Shown here piece after piece: positions 1 through 11,341 of a DNA stretch of 64,000 nt (positions within the stretch are counted from its first letter, which is position 1; every line of letters begins with the position of its first letter). The notes under the pieces were generated by a model. It ran no database searches, was not told where the DNA came from, and saw only the letters and a program-made list of their open reading frames with translations. The DNA is from an uncultured Nitrososphaerota archaeon (GTDB lineage: Archaea; Thermoproteota; Nitrososphaeria; Nitrososphaerales; CADDZS01): positions 32,001 through 96,000 of the forward strand of contig CAWCYI010000004.1 in NCBI GenBank assembly GCA_963799845.1. The letters run 5' to 3'. A program made the translations under genes and the position numbers.

Positions 1-1896
1 AGCGATAACCTCTCCCGATGTCTGTGCTTGCGGTAGTTTGTATAAGCGTTCAATTTCCTTCTTTAGAGTGATAAAATCATAACCATCGTAGTGAAATGTC
101 TCTATTTCCTCAGCACTTTCTTTCTTGGGAAGTTTAGGGCATTTTAGTGAATGAACATCTATTGAAGAGATTTCTTCGGAGAGGGATTTTTTCCTAACTA
201 AAATTGGTGTCAGCATAGGAATTTCGATATCCTGCGCAATTTTGGAGAAATCAACCTCTATCGTTACAATCTTGAGCTTGTCTTTGTCTAAGTCGAAGGT
301 GCCAAATTTTGTGCCCTCGTCACGTTCCAGGTCTTCGACGAATTTCATGAAGGCTTTATTTCCGATAACGTCAAGTCGTTCGGAATACTCGCTTGGAAGA
401 TCTCTGAACATTAAACGCAGTCCACGGCCGATTGTTTGCTCGGGAAGAATATTCGCTTTTGAACTATAGGGTCGTAGGCCGACCACGACGGTAACGTTCT
501 GGACGTCCCAACCTTCCCTCAACATAAGAACACTAACAATCGCGTTTACTTTGTTGTCTGCATAGTCGACCTGTCTCGCGATTAATCTAGCAGCTTCCAA
601 ATCACGTTTTGACACCTCGCCTTTCTTGTCGGTATGAATGATAAGCAACTTTTCATCTCCAAATTCTTCAGGATAATGACCAATGAGATACTCGCCTACA
701 TCTTCAGCTTCATCCGTGGTGTTCATCATCACGAATAGGATAGGTTTCTTGTTTAAGGGTCTTAATTGGTCTCCGTATTCCTTCCACCTTTCAACGCCGG
801 CTGTGAGATATGCTTTGTACTTGGTGCTCGTAACATCGGATCGAGTTTCCTGCATCCCTGATGCAACTCCCTTCAAGGGCCGTTTTACAATTCCATCCTC
901 GATAGCCCTCTTCAAGGGATAATCGTAGATTGTCCAGCTGAACAAGGAACCGTTGGCGAATCTCGGTGTCGCGGAAAAATCCAGTTGAGCGCCGACACCT
1001 CCGTTGGCCTTTGAATTCAATTCACGAATGAAGTCGTTCCACTTAAGATCCTCATCATGGGTATGATGGGCCTCGTCATTGATGACCACCACAGAATCTT
1101 TACGATTGATAAGGCGAGGAAGAAAATCCTCCCGTTGACTCTGATTGACCTGAGGCTTGGGTCCTAAGACGTCAGTAATCGGTCTTGGCTCATTCCCATC
1201 ATCTGCTGGCGCGGTGCCGTACAACTGCTGGATATTTGCGAGATAAAGAGCTCCTTCGGACGATGTCCGCTCACCTTCTCCTCTCATGTAAGTTTCAAGA
1301 TCCCACATGTTAGCGAATTCGGGAGGAACAATTGGATCGATTCGGAAGATTCTACCGTCGGCGAAATCTAGCCTGAGTCTCTCAAATACTATTACATTTG
1401 GGGCAATTAGAAGAAATGTCTTTGAGTATCCTGGTGCATTCTCTAGAATCGCATTGAAGTATTGCCATGCAATAGCAAGTGACATCACTTTTGTCTTGCC
1501 GCTACCAGTAGCCATTTTGAAGCTGTATCTGGCGAAATCATCGTGTTGGAGCAACTGGATATACCTGGTCTCCAATGCATAACGCTCGAGCATTGCCTTC
1601 TGTCGTTTGATTTTTGCAACCTCAAACAAATATACCAAAGATTCCATTGCTTCTTTTTGCGCATGATGGTAGACGAATCCCTGCCCATCTGCAAGCCTAT
1701 GGTCAGAATGAAACCAATAATTTAGCAGTGCCTTGCTAGTTTCCGTGCACCCTGCAGGCTCTAAGTAGCCACTCTTAACCCATCTATCAACCTCCGCTTT
1801 GATTCCAGGAACGCAAGGGGCAGTTCCTAATGCGGGATTTAGGACAGTCAGTTCCCCTTGTGAATTGGCGAATTCAGTCTGCCCTTTGCGGCTCAA
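1..1896 (-). CDS. res: Type III restriction endonuclease Res subunit (SF2 helicase), runs off window edge
   Basis: Translated manually from TTG at 1896: MSRKGQTEF...FKMATGSGKTKVM (Walker A) and VVINDEAHH (DEAH); lies directly downstream of mod. Confidence 0.9.
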   Translation of the reverse strand, partial: MSRKGQTEFANSQGELTVLNPALGTAPCVPGIKAEVDRWVKSGYLEPAGCTETSKALLNYWFHSDHRLADGQGFVYHHAQKEAMESLVYLFEVAKIKRQKAMLERYALETRYIQLLQHDDFARYSFKMATGSGKTKVMSLAIAWQYFNAILENAPGYSKTFLLIAPNVIVFERLRLDFADGRIFRIDPIVPPEFANMWDLETYMRGEGERTSSEGALYLANIQQLYGTAPADDGNEPRPITDVLGPKPQVNQSQREDFLPRLINRKDSVVVINDEAHHTHDEDLKWNDFIRELNSKANGGVGAQLDFSATPRFANGSLFSWTIYDYPLKRAIEDGIVKRPLKGVASGMQETRSDVTSTKYKAYLTAGVERWKEYGDQLRPLNKKPILFVMMNTTDEAEDVGEYLIGHYPEEFGDEKLLIIHTDKKGEVSKRDLEAARLIARQVDYADNKVNAIVSVLMLREGWDVQNVTVVVGLRPYSSKANILPEQTIGRGLRLMFRDLPSEYSERLDVIGNKAFMKFVEDLERDEGTKFGTFDLDKDKLKIVTIEVDFSKIAQDIEIPMLTPILVRKKSLSEEISSIDVHSLKCPKLPKKESAEEIETFHYDGYDFITLKKEIERLYKLPQAQTSGEVIA

Positions 1897-1900
1897 TGAA

Positions 1901-3847
1901 TTACACCCTTACTTTGAGCATCTTCGTGGTATCATTACCTAAGATGTCAACAACCTTAACGAGAATCCGGTACTCCCCACTTTCCTCATATTCCTTGGAA
2001 AGCTCAGTTCCCAACTTCGGATGATCACGAGTTCTGTATTCTTGAACCTCGTTGTGAAAAGTATCGTTCTTGTTATCCCAATCTATCGCCCAGTAATCAA
2101 TCCATTGCGACCAGTGGGTTATCTGTTTTTGGACATCTGCGGGAACATCATCCTGTGGTATTGTGAAATCTTTTATCGTCACCGTGGACTTCAGTCCTTT
2201 GGTCTTGAGCCCTAGATCTAGGGAGGCTAATTCAAAAAAGTGAACATCTCCCTGCTCCACAGCCTTTTTATCGAGTACCTCGCGCGGAATTCTTAAGAAC
2301 CGAACATCCACGCCTGCCTGAGAAGCTTGTTGCTTCGCTAATTCATTTATTTCAAAGGCAAAATCCCATCCGAGTATGTCCAGACCATTCGTCTTTGGAG
2401 CGTCTTTTCCGCCTCCTATCATCTTCTTGAATTCTGCAACAATGCGACCCACATCCTGGGGAGAAACAGGGGAATCTACTGCCCCGACATGCAGCAATCG
2501 ATTTCCTTTCTTCCCATGGATCCAGGTGTAGCCACTCAAAGACTGGGCGTTGTAGAGTTTAAGCATGAAATCCAAGTAGGCCCTTATCCTTCGAGCCGCT
2601 TCAGTGCCGAATTCTGCTGCTTGCCAAGCCTGACGCTCATACTTACCAAGATTTTGAATTACAAACGGTTTAACTCCAGTAAGACCCAATAATCTCTTTC
2701 TGGTGGTGTGAATTGCAAATCGACCAAGATCGCATGCAATCCATTTTCTGTTCAGTTTTTCAGAGACTGAAGCTGTCGTTCCACTGCCAACAAAACAATC
2801 CATTACAAGATCTCCTTCTTTCGTGGACGACTTGATGACCCGTTCAAGCAATGCTTCGGGTTTTTGAGTGTCATAACCAAGCCGCTCATCGGCCATCATA
2901 TTGATTCTCTTTATGTCGTCCCAGGAGTCACTTACGGGCTCACCTTCCTGTTCGTCCAAATATCGCTTGAACTCTGGTTTTCCGGAGCTGGTAAGAACGA
3001 AAAACCCACGTTCCCAATAATCATCGATTGTTTCCTGGGTCCATCTCCAATGTCGGCCCGCTGGCGGGGCAAGAACTCGATCTCCAAACTTCCTTGAAGG
3101 CCCTGAACCAGCGCCTGTGGCATCTTCTTTCCAATATCTTCTCCCATCTGGCTCTTCGAACCGAAAATATCTCGCTACATATTCAGGAGAATATGGACGA
3201 AATTGAGGAGACCAGAAATAGTTAGGACCCTTTGAAAACCAGAATATTGTGTCATGGACTTGTCCAAACCTTTTTGCGTCGCTATGCGATGTACTTCGGC
3301 GCCAAATTATCTCATTACGAAAATTATCTGATCCAAAAATTTCATCCAATATCCCTCTGATGTATGAGTTCATCCTCCAATCACAGTGTACGAAAAAACT
3401 TCCATCCGGAGCAAGAAGATCATACAACAATTGCGTGGTCTCAGAAAACCAAGAGAGATAGGAATCCAAGCCCTGCCCCCAAGTATCGCGATAGGCTTTC
3501 TGCTCTATAATCGATGGCTCTTTTGTAAAGAGCTCATCGCTGTCAGGAATTTCAGTGCTGAAGGAAAAATCAGCACCTGTACCAAAAGGAGGGTCGATGT
3601 AAATTAAATTGACTTTCCCAGCAAACTCCGGTAAGAGGCTAGGTAAGACATACTTCTTATCGCCCCAAATTAGACGGTTACGCCACTCATTTGTGTCACG
3701 ACCACTGATGAATCGCTCTAAGCTCTTCTGTCGTTCTTGGCTCGATTCGTTAACAGTCTCAACGGTCTGAAGAGGAAGCTGGATTCGAACAGGCGTAACT
3801 TTCTTGTCGTTTGAATCATACTTTCCCTTCCATACTACCTCTACCAT
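1901..3847 (-). CDS. mod: Type III RM Mod subunit, adenine DNA methyltransferase (beta class)
   Basis: LIYIDPPF catalytic motif, TQKPEALL, DCFVGSGTT SAM-binding motif, C-terminal VKVVDILGND. Confidence 0.92.
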   Translation of the reverse strand: MVEVVWKGKYDSNDKKVTPVRIQLPLQTVETVNESSQERQKSLERFISGRDTNEWRNRLIWGDKKYVLPSLLPEFAGKVNLIYIDPPFGTGADFSFSTEIPDSDELFTKEPSIIEQKAYRDTWGQGLDSYLSWFSETTQLLYDLLAPDGSFFVHCDWRMNSYIRGILDEIFGSDNFRNEIIWRRSTSHSDAKRFGQVHDTIFWFSKGPNYFWSPQFRPYSPEYVARYFRFEEPDGRRYWKEDATGAGSGPSRKFGDRVLAPPAGRHWRWTQETIDDYWERGFFVLTSSGKPEFKRYLDEQEGEPVSDSWDDIKRINMMADERLGYDTQKPEALLERVIKSSTKEGDLVMDCFVGSGTTASVSEKLNRKWIACDLGRFAIHTTRKRLLGLTGVKPFVIQNLGKYERQAWQAAEFGTEAARRIRAYLDFMLKLYNAQSLSGYTWIHGKKGNRLLHVGAVDSPVSPQDVGRIVAEFKKMIGGGKDAPKTNGLDILGWDFAFEINELAKQQASQAGVDVRFLRIPREVLDKKAVEQGDVHFFELASLDLGLKTKGLKSTVTIKDFTIPQDDVPADVQKQITHWSQWIDYWAIDWDNKNDTFHNEVQEYRTRDHPKLGTELSKEYEESGEYRILVKVVDILGNDTTKMLKVRV

Positions 3848-3932
3848 ACTTGGCTACTTCCTGGATTCTTGGGCGAGGACAATCATTGAAAACAAGATGA
3901 TAAGTCTATTTTTGATACGATTAGACGAGTTT

Positions 3933-4238
3933 CTAATAAATTTGGATCGCTCGCTCTTTCGCTAGCTGTTCAGGACTCAATTGATGGTATACTTTTGCCA
4001 CCATTTGTTCAGCATCTCCCATTTGCCTGGCAACGTACTCAATGCTTCTACCGCTGTTGAGGCTTTGAGTAGCGTAAGTATGCCTGAGACAGGTGCCAAG
4101 ATTTCTTGAATCCGAGCGTCTTCTAGCTGTAATTTTGCAACGAGCGTTCAAAACTCTTGTAACTTTGTCCAAATAGGTTACCAGACTGGCCCTCCCTACT
4201 CTTTGGCAATTGTTTGGTGGCAAGGCGATTATTAGCAT
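3933..4238 (-). pseudogene. Tyrosine recombinase/integrase C-terminal remnant
   Basis: LRHTYAT...VARQMGD...MVAKVY matches boxes II/III with catalytic Tyr; N-terminal and core portions are absent. Confidence 0.65.
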
Positions 4239-4566
4239 CTTGCCTAAAATCGCAGCAGGCTAAGCTTTCGCTTATGAAGTAGATTGAACGAGAAAACAAA
4301 AACCAGGAACTAAGAGCTTCGCAGAACAGACAACATTGAAAGTTAATTATGGCACAGTATCAAAAAGCGCGTTCTTCGAGGTTCTAAGAAAGGTAAGCAG
4401 GGCGGGCACCTGATCCTAATTCCGCGCAACGATGCCATGATTCTGGAGAGAAACGACAAACTCGTATTGTGCAAATTAGAAAGAGGATGCTGGTTTGTAA
4501 GCGACATTAGTTTCAGAAAATATCAGAAAATGAGACACTTGTTTGCAAGAAATAATTGCTATTTAA

Positions 4567-5142
4567 TCATTCTACTTTAGGCGTCTTCAGATTCGGTACA
4601 AAATGCTTTTTCCAATTACTGTGCGCAATTATCGTTTGAAGTGTATGATTTGTGAAGAAGTTACCCTCTTTCCAAGTATAATATGCAATGAAATTAAAAC
4701 TCATAATCACGTCCTCATCTTCTCCAATTGCTGCTTCGAATTTTTTGGCAAGTCTGTATGAAACAGGATAGTACAATGTGATTGAAGTTCCAGAATTCTT
4801 CTGAATTTCCACAGGGTCAAGATGATCCATTGGGAACAGGCGATCGTTCCATTTGCCAACGCTAGGATTGATATATAGCTTCGCTCGATCAAAATTTATC
4901 TTGAATTCTGTTGGATTTTCTATGTTGATTGTAACGAGAAAATAGCTTTGTTCAAAATATGCTGTATTTGCGCCAAGGCCTCCCAAACTTACTCGAATGG
5001 CGCTGGAATTGAATTTCTGCGCTCTCTTTGCTATGTAGACTAGTATTGCGTCCCTGCATACTTCTGACCAATTTACCTCGTTGAGCTTCTCCATTTCCGC
5101 GGCGATTTCATCTTGAACGTAAACTGTCACATTCTTTGGCAT
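4567..5142 (-). CDS. Ribbon-helix-helix (VapB/CopG-like) N-terminus fused to a beta-rich domain
   Basis: KNVTVYVQDEIAAEMEKLNEVNWSEVCRDAI resembles archaeal RHH antitoxins; C-terminal part unassigned. Confidence 0.6.
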   Translation of the reverse strand: MPKNVTVYVQDEIAAEMEKLNEVNWSEVCRDAILVYIAKRAQKFNSSAIRVSLGGLGANTAYFEQSYFLVTINIENPTEFKINFDRAKLYINPSVGKWNDRLFPMDHLDPVEIQKNSGTSITLYYPVSYRLAKKFEAAIGEDEDVIMSFNFIAYYTWKEGNFFTNHTLQTIIAHSNWKKHFVPNLKTPKVE

Positions 5143-5398
5143 GGTGAAATGTCAGCATTCATTACTATATATACAATGTGGGTTAAGTTAGGGATTTCAT
5201 AAACCCCAAGGAAGTCTGTAACAAAGCTAAAATAGTTAAACCAATTTTTGACCCTTTTGCCACCATGGCGCAAGTAAAGAACACAGCCGATTTCGTCCTG
5301 TGCATGGCTGAGATCGGCCGCATCCTCTGTCTTGTAGGAGCCTTGGTTTACCGGCTCGCAGAAATCGTATACTATCTCCTGTCGTAAAAAAGGTAATC

Positions 5399-7163
5399 CT
5401 ACATGAATCGACTCCTTGCAAAAGGAGTCTTCCCACTTTTATTTGGATATTCACTCTCAGCCTTTTGCCAAATATCTTTTCCAGTCATTCGGTAGTTGCC
5501 CCTGCCCCACAAATGATATCTGAGAGACCTCGCAAGTTTTCTTGAGATATTAAAATTCAGAAAGGCAATTATTGCGTAGATAATTATCACTGCAACCAGT
5601 TCCCAGAGAAGTTCGCCAGTGAAATAGCCCCCTGGAATAACAATCTCAATCAACGCAACGAAATAAACTGTGAAGACCGCCAGCGCCGGAATAAAGATAA
5701 CTGTAAGTTCAAAGTCCGTAAATTGTCTGTCAGTTTTACGTGCTTGAAGGTAAACTGCTGCGACAAAAGTGAGAATCCCCGCCAGAAACTGTGCTAATCC
5801 TGACAGGAATACGTTCTCGACGGTATTGATGTTATAGAGAAAAGTGAACATCACATTCTGGTAAGAACCTGCAGGTTCTTGGATAACCCACTGCTTTTCG
5901 TTAGATCCTACTGGTATATTATGCCAATTAGAAGCGTTGCTAACCCCATTGATGAAAGTATCATCACTAGGACCCGAAATCGTAAACTTAGTTGAAACAG
6001 TCTGATTCAGAACAACATCAGGTCCAAAGCTTGGAAATATGAAAAACGATTCATTTACTGAAAAAGGGTATTCGATAATAAATGCTCCATTGACTGCAGC
6101 AGAATACGTTGCAGTCACATTGTAATCGTAAAAGTTGCCATCCAATTTTGAGTGAGGGAATGCAAGAATTTCACCACCAGGACCTGTTACCACATACTGA
6201 CCTATATCTTGGCTAAGATTTTGAACCAGACCATGTTGAGCTCAGCTCAAGATTTCCCTGTGGGTCTTCGACCCTTGAGATTGTATCATTCTCATAACTC
6301 AATGGAAGAGGAATAGCTACAGGTTCATCAGGATTGAATATTTGATTATTGCGAGAAGTAGGAATACTGAGTTCGATTGAATCGGTGATAGATCCGACTG
6401 AGATCTGTGGATATAATTCGTTAATTTGTGCGTTAATAGAAATGCCACTGACATAGACCAGCTCTGACCAGCTAAAATAATTCGTATTCGTAGTGTGAAA
6501 TGGCAAGAAGTTTACCTGTACTTCGTTCACGACTGGGTCTGTGAGATTCCAGACAATCTCATTAGATCCTGGAATCGTGGGGGTTAAAGTTGGTTCGGTG
6601 TAGTTTACAATCGTATAGTGCTGATTGAAATCGACAGTTAGCTTTTCGGGTTCAGGTGTTCTTTGCGCAAAGCCAAAAACATCCAGGAGGCCCTGTCCTG
6701 AAAGATAAGCCTGGCTGGTATTGATTGTCAACTCAAGTGTGTAATTCGAGAAAGGCGGGATTAGGACGGTCAGTAAAGGATTGGATATTCCGATATTATT
6801 TGAAGTGGCATTTGGAATAACCTTCGCAGTCCCATGGTGGCCCTGTGAATCATTGTAAGTTCCTGAGAAAATGCCTGCACTTGTGCTGAATGTTTGGTAC
6901 AAATTACCCGGTGAAAACGTGGTATCTCCGTTTACATTGTAGTTGTTTTGGCAACTGTCGAACAAGTACATCATGGCGTAAAGGCTCGTGTAAGAGTCAG
7001 ATGCATTGTTGATTGCGATCTTTTCCGAAAGGTAGCAGTCTATAACGGGTGGAGCCTGCGCACTCGAGTTAAAATGAACTGCAGTAGCGAACCACGGTAG
7101 AAGGAAGAAAATTACCATTATGGTCAGCGAGGGAATGCACTTCTTCGGGAGGACTCGATGCAA
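5399..7163 (-). CDS. Secreted S/T/N-rich surface protein with C-terminal transmembrane helices; split by a probable frameshift near 6240
   Basis: ORFs 6213-7163 (signal peptide, many NxS/T sequons) and 5399-6193 (about 3 TM helices); the second frame stays open upstream (LVQNLSQDIGQYVVTG) across the first stop. Confidence 0.55.
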
Positions 7164-7809
7164 TTACCCCAGGCCCTATGATAGTTATTGCAATTTCTCC
7201 TAGCCAAAACCTTTCCCATGCCTTACTCTCAGACTCCTTTCAAAAGGTGAAGGAGAACATTGAGTTGTCTGCAAGAATCATTGCTGCTGCAAGATCGAAC
7301 TCTGCCATCTTAACTCCTCTGACAGGTGAGAGAAAGATTAGCAAGGTGTTCCCGGCAATTCCCTCTGAGTTGACTGACAAGTCCGATCAGATCTACTTCA
7401 TATTGTCAAACGCAAATAGATATTGACGATTTTGGGGTGCAGCGCGCGCGCTGGTCAATGATGAAACTCTAGCATAAGCGTTTAACGCAGAATTTAGAAG
7501 GAATCTGAAGCGCGCGCGCTAACCGTCCCTGGTCGGTTCTCTCATCATAACGTTCAGTCAAAAACAAGACTGGGATGAAGTATTGAAAGCCATTCATTCG
7601 TTGTTCAACAATCCGTCTTTTCGGCAGAAGACGGAACATTATGTAAGATCTGAAGCTTTCAATATCGGTTCTGCGTCGGAAATGGAGTATATGAAAGAAT
7701 GAAGGAGAGCAGGAATGGTTCCGGGAATAGACAGAGCAGGAACATACTAGTTCCTCAGCTTCCCTCCTTTCGACTTTTGACACTTTAGTAGCGCGCGCGG
7801 TCGAGACGA

Positions 7810-9108
7810 ATGGAAAGGAATTCTGCCCTCAAGGAACATTATCGAAGATTCCTCGTTGATGCCCTCGAGATTTGCAGGGATGAACTTTCTAAGGGAATTG
7901 TTTTGCTAACAGAGGTGCCACCTTACTACATGTTCTCATCTGATATTCGAGTCGTATCCTCTAACCAGTTCAGGCAGAGGGTTGGTTATAGAATAAATAC
8001 GCTTCAATCGTTTAAGGACTGCATCGACTTTCTGGAGAGGAATCCGGAAACTTCGGGAAGTGTCAACATTAAGGTGTCGAGCCCACACATGTCTACTACT
8101 TATCCTACAAGCGGGTTGGTCGATGGATTGCTTTACGATTATCTTCACGTTATCTCCACTGCTGACTATTACGACAGGGTGTTCGATATCCTTTACCTGC
8201 AGCGAGAGAATTATCTTTACTCCGATTCCATCGCATCACTTCATTGACCCCCATATTCAATCTGGAAGGAAATTTCACAATCTATCGACATAGCACCTGG
8301 GCTCTGCATACGCAGGCTTTCGCAACCCGAACGTGATTGTATTGAAGATAGCTTCGGGGGCTTCATTATGGGGTCACAGTTGGCTCAATCGGAATACGGG
8401 ATTGCACACGACTCACTTATTCCAAAGGGAGCGGATATTGGAGCGTCTTCGGTCGCGGGACAGACCATTCATTTCACTCAACTAAACTTGCAAACTGCGT
8501 TAAGACTCCTCAAGCCTGGATTCGTGGGGACTCGGTTCACTGTCACCGCCTCAAAAGAGTGGTGTCCTATGCCGGGACCAGCTAAGAGCGGATTCTCTTA
8601 CGAGATGCCTTATCCAGGACCAAAGTACACGCTCGAGGAGCCCGAGGCGTTTCTCTTCAAAGATTTCTATAAACAGTTCTTGTCGTATCAAAAATCGTAC
8701 TTTCACATTGCACTTAGCAGATTCAATTTCTTTTACGATAGGATTGGACCGGAAGATAGGATAATTGATTGTATGGTTGCCTTCGAGAATCTCCTGCTTC
8801 CGGAGAGAAACGAGTTAAATTTGCGGCTGGCCCTTCGATCGGCTAACTTGATTGGAGATTCAGTTGCGGATAAACACGAGATCTTTGAATTCTTCAAATA
8901 TGCTTATGACGTTAGAAGCAAGATTGCACATGGAGAACAGATTTCAAATGAACGAACGAAATCTAAAGTATCCATGAATCTGGACCAGCTTTCTCTGAAA
9001 TTGCACAACTATCTGAGGATTGCCTTGGTCAAGTTGCTTCGAGAAAGGGATATTGGTTTTTCACTACACGATATAATCGACCGCCTAACTAATCCGTTCC
9101 CAACATAG
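7810..9108 (+). pseudogene. ApeA-like HEPN domain protein interrupted by one in-frame TGA (8245-8247)
   Basis: Both ORFs share a frame with only one stop between them; C-terminus has DRIIDCMVAFE..L and YDVRSKIAHG (RxxxxH HEPN motif). Confidence 0.65.
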
Positions 9109-9430
9109 AATGCTAGGGAGCGCTCGGATGGATCATTCGCGATTGAATGACGAGAACTAATATCTTTGCTTATGCTTTGATCATCCAATCTGCTCTCTCG
9201 AAGGCAAAGAATACCGGCGTATTGTAGTCTGGGACATTGGTTACAGTACCTGTGCCATTCTTGTCGTGATACTGAAAATTGTTGATTATGACGATTTTGT
9301 AAGCGACTTTACTTTCCTCAGGATCCGGATAATACCATTTCCGATGACAAAAAACGCGGTCGACTCATTCAAGTACGCTAGTGCCTTAGTATCGGGTCTC
9401 TCTAACACGAATTGGCAATCCCAAAGGCTT

Positions 9431-9450
9431 GACCGCGTGGGATTTGAACC
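9431..9450 (-). other. tRNA 3'-end-like fragment (possible att site)
   Basis: Reverse complement GGTTCAAATCCCACGCGGTC resembles a T-loop plus 3' acceptor strand; no 5' half present. Confidence 0.35.
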
Positions 9451-10159
9451 TAAAGTCGAATGCTCGGCGACCGCACTGTGTCAAATGAATTCGTGGGTTG
9501 GGGCGCACTCTAACCAATTCCACAACTTCTTGGCAGAGTTTCAACTCACTAAAGGCATGGCAATCTAATTCATAGAGAGTTACGTCACCCTCAAAGGCCG
9601 CAATCTCTTTGTCGACGAAAGAAGGCCCTGGCTTTGCCAGTATTGCTCCATTGGACGACTGTCTGACATCTCAGGGAGAACTCGCATCCCCCTGACATTT
9701 TTTGAGAAAGGGTGCAAATACGGTACCTATCGACCGATTCGGTACCTTTCAAATGCGCCATGGCCCACAAAATCGGTTCAGTACCTTATCCTTTCTACAA
9801 ATAAGACTGAAAGAAAAGGAAGTGGATTTTGTGGGTGGAAAGATCTCAAGAGAGCCATCGCCGAAAACCAATCGGTGTGCCTTGGGCTAAGGGAAATCAA
9901 TCTGCGAAAGCAGGGATCGCTGTTGATTGTGTCGCGGGACGACCTCTCATCACCTGCCATTTTTTTCAAAGGGGGCCAAAAAAATCATGGAAACCTGGAA
10001 CATATATCCACTGTGCCGAAAATACCTCACCTAGAGCAGTGCTTTCGGCGATCTGCCAGCTGCCAGACGCACGATCCTGGCAGATTCGATTTGAGTGCCT
10101 TTACATAGCGATTCGAGTCTCAAGCGCGCGCGCTCATCCGCTGCTTACAATTTTCAGAA

Positions 10160-10523
10160 GTGAAGATCAGGCGCTGCATATCTTTCATCCAGCAGTTTCC
10201 CGCCGAAGGAGAGGTCAGCGTCGAGCTCGAGTTGGTAAGCCCCGCTACACCTGACAAACGATCTGATTACTGGCACCAGATCTCTTCACTTGCTTATCGA
10301 AAAATGGGGTCCTCGGACCACCGAGGGGATAAAGAAGGACCGACTCTTCCTGATGGTCGTCGACGATCCGCTTTCCAGGCTCGGACGTGATGAGATTGAG
10401 ATCGCTTTAGTCGTTCTGGATGAGTTTCCCTGCGCTTCAAGAAGTTTTATGGAAATGGAAGCAGTAGAGTTAGAGAAAGAACTGGGAATTTCAGACGGAG
10501 ACTTTAAGCCGGGATTGAGATAG
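10160..10523 (+). CDS. Hypothetical protein, possibly one gene split by a frameshift near 10290
   Basis: Overlapping ORFs 10160-10390 and 10290-10523 with protein-like halves. Confidence 0.3.
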
Positions 10524-10578
10524 GTGTAAGAACCAAAAAACGCTACAAATCAAATATTGCAAAGAACAACTGAGGCTT

Positions 10579-11334
10579 TCATTCTTCTTCCTCTTCATAA
10601 GAATCTTCGTCGACCAGGTCGTCGCCAGACTCATTGGGTGCTAGTTCGGTCTGGTCATTTTCATCGCCCGGTTTATCGTCCGCACCGACCTTCAAATCTC
10701 TCTCTACGCAATAATCCTTCTTCCTTTCAGCCAACACTTTAGAATTTACTTCTTCGAGATCGAATAAACCGATCTTCCCGAGCATCTGAAATCTCTCCAC
10801 GTCTTTTTGGGTGATCAGCACCAATCTCCCCGAAGGAAGGGGTAGAGTTCCCCTATTGACAACAACGTAGTCAAAAATTGCCTCACAAATTTTTGCTAGT
10901 ATTACTTCGGTGAGTGGCGGCTCGTTACCACTTCGAAGCTTCTCCCTGTAATTTCGCAGGGAAGGGTCGAGCTCTTTTAGGAACGGGTGCTTTTTTTCAT
11001 CTCCATATCTGATCAGCTCACGGACATTGATTAGAGCTTCGTACTTGCCATTTCCCAAGTCGTTGGTCTTGATTTCCCCCGCCATCTGAGTTAAACGAGC
11101 TCTCAGTTCTTGGGGAGATTCTTCTTTCTGTGGCACCTTGTGAGTATCAGCGTTAAGCGCGGAGCTCTCCAAGTCTTTCTTTAATAGCGACCGCACGTAA
11201 TCGCTCGGGCTTCGGAACCCCCGTTTTTGCGCCTCTCTTTGCAGGAGATTAGCCTCTGCCTCGGGCATATGGATGTAAACGCTCTTTCTTTGATTGTTCG
11301 CACTCTCGATCTTAGTTGGTGGCTGAGTTACCAT
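10579..11334 (-). CDS. CopG/RHH domain protein with acidic tail
   Basis: KSVYIHMPEAEANLLQREAQKRGFRSPSDYVRSLLKKDL is a typical RHH pattern. Confidence 0.65.
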   Translation of the reverse strand: MVTQPPTKIESANNQRKSVYIHMPEAEANLLQREAQKRGFRSPSDYVRSLLKKDLESSALNADTHKVPQKEESPQELRARLTQMAGEIKTNDLGNGKYEALINVRELIRYGDEKKHPFLKELDPSLRNYREKLRSGNEPPLTEVILAKICEAIFDYVVVNRGTLPLPSGRLVLITQKDVERFQMLGKIGLFDLEEVNSKVLAERKKDYCVERDLKVGADDKPGDENDQTELAPNESGDDLVDEDSYEEEEE

Positions 11335-11341
11335 TTTTTAC

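Noticed and set aside
7469-7783. Minus-strand 104-aa ORF and a plus-strand protein-like fragment (DWDEVLKAIHSLF)
   Set aside because: No start in the plausible frame and no recognisable family; treated as island debris
8245-8247. Selenocysteine or programmed readthrough of the TGA
   Set aside because: No redox-motif context or evident SECIS; a nonsense mutation or paired indels are simpler
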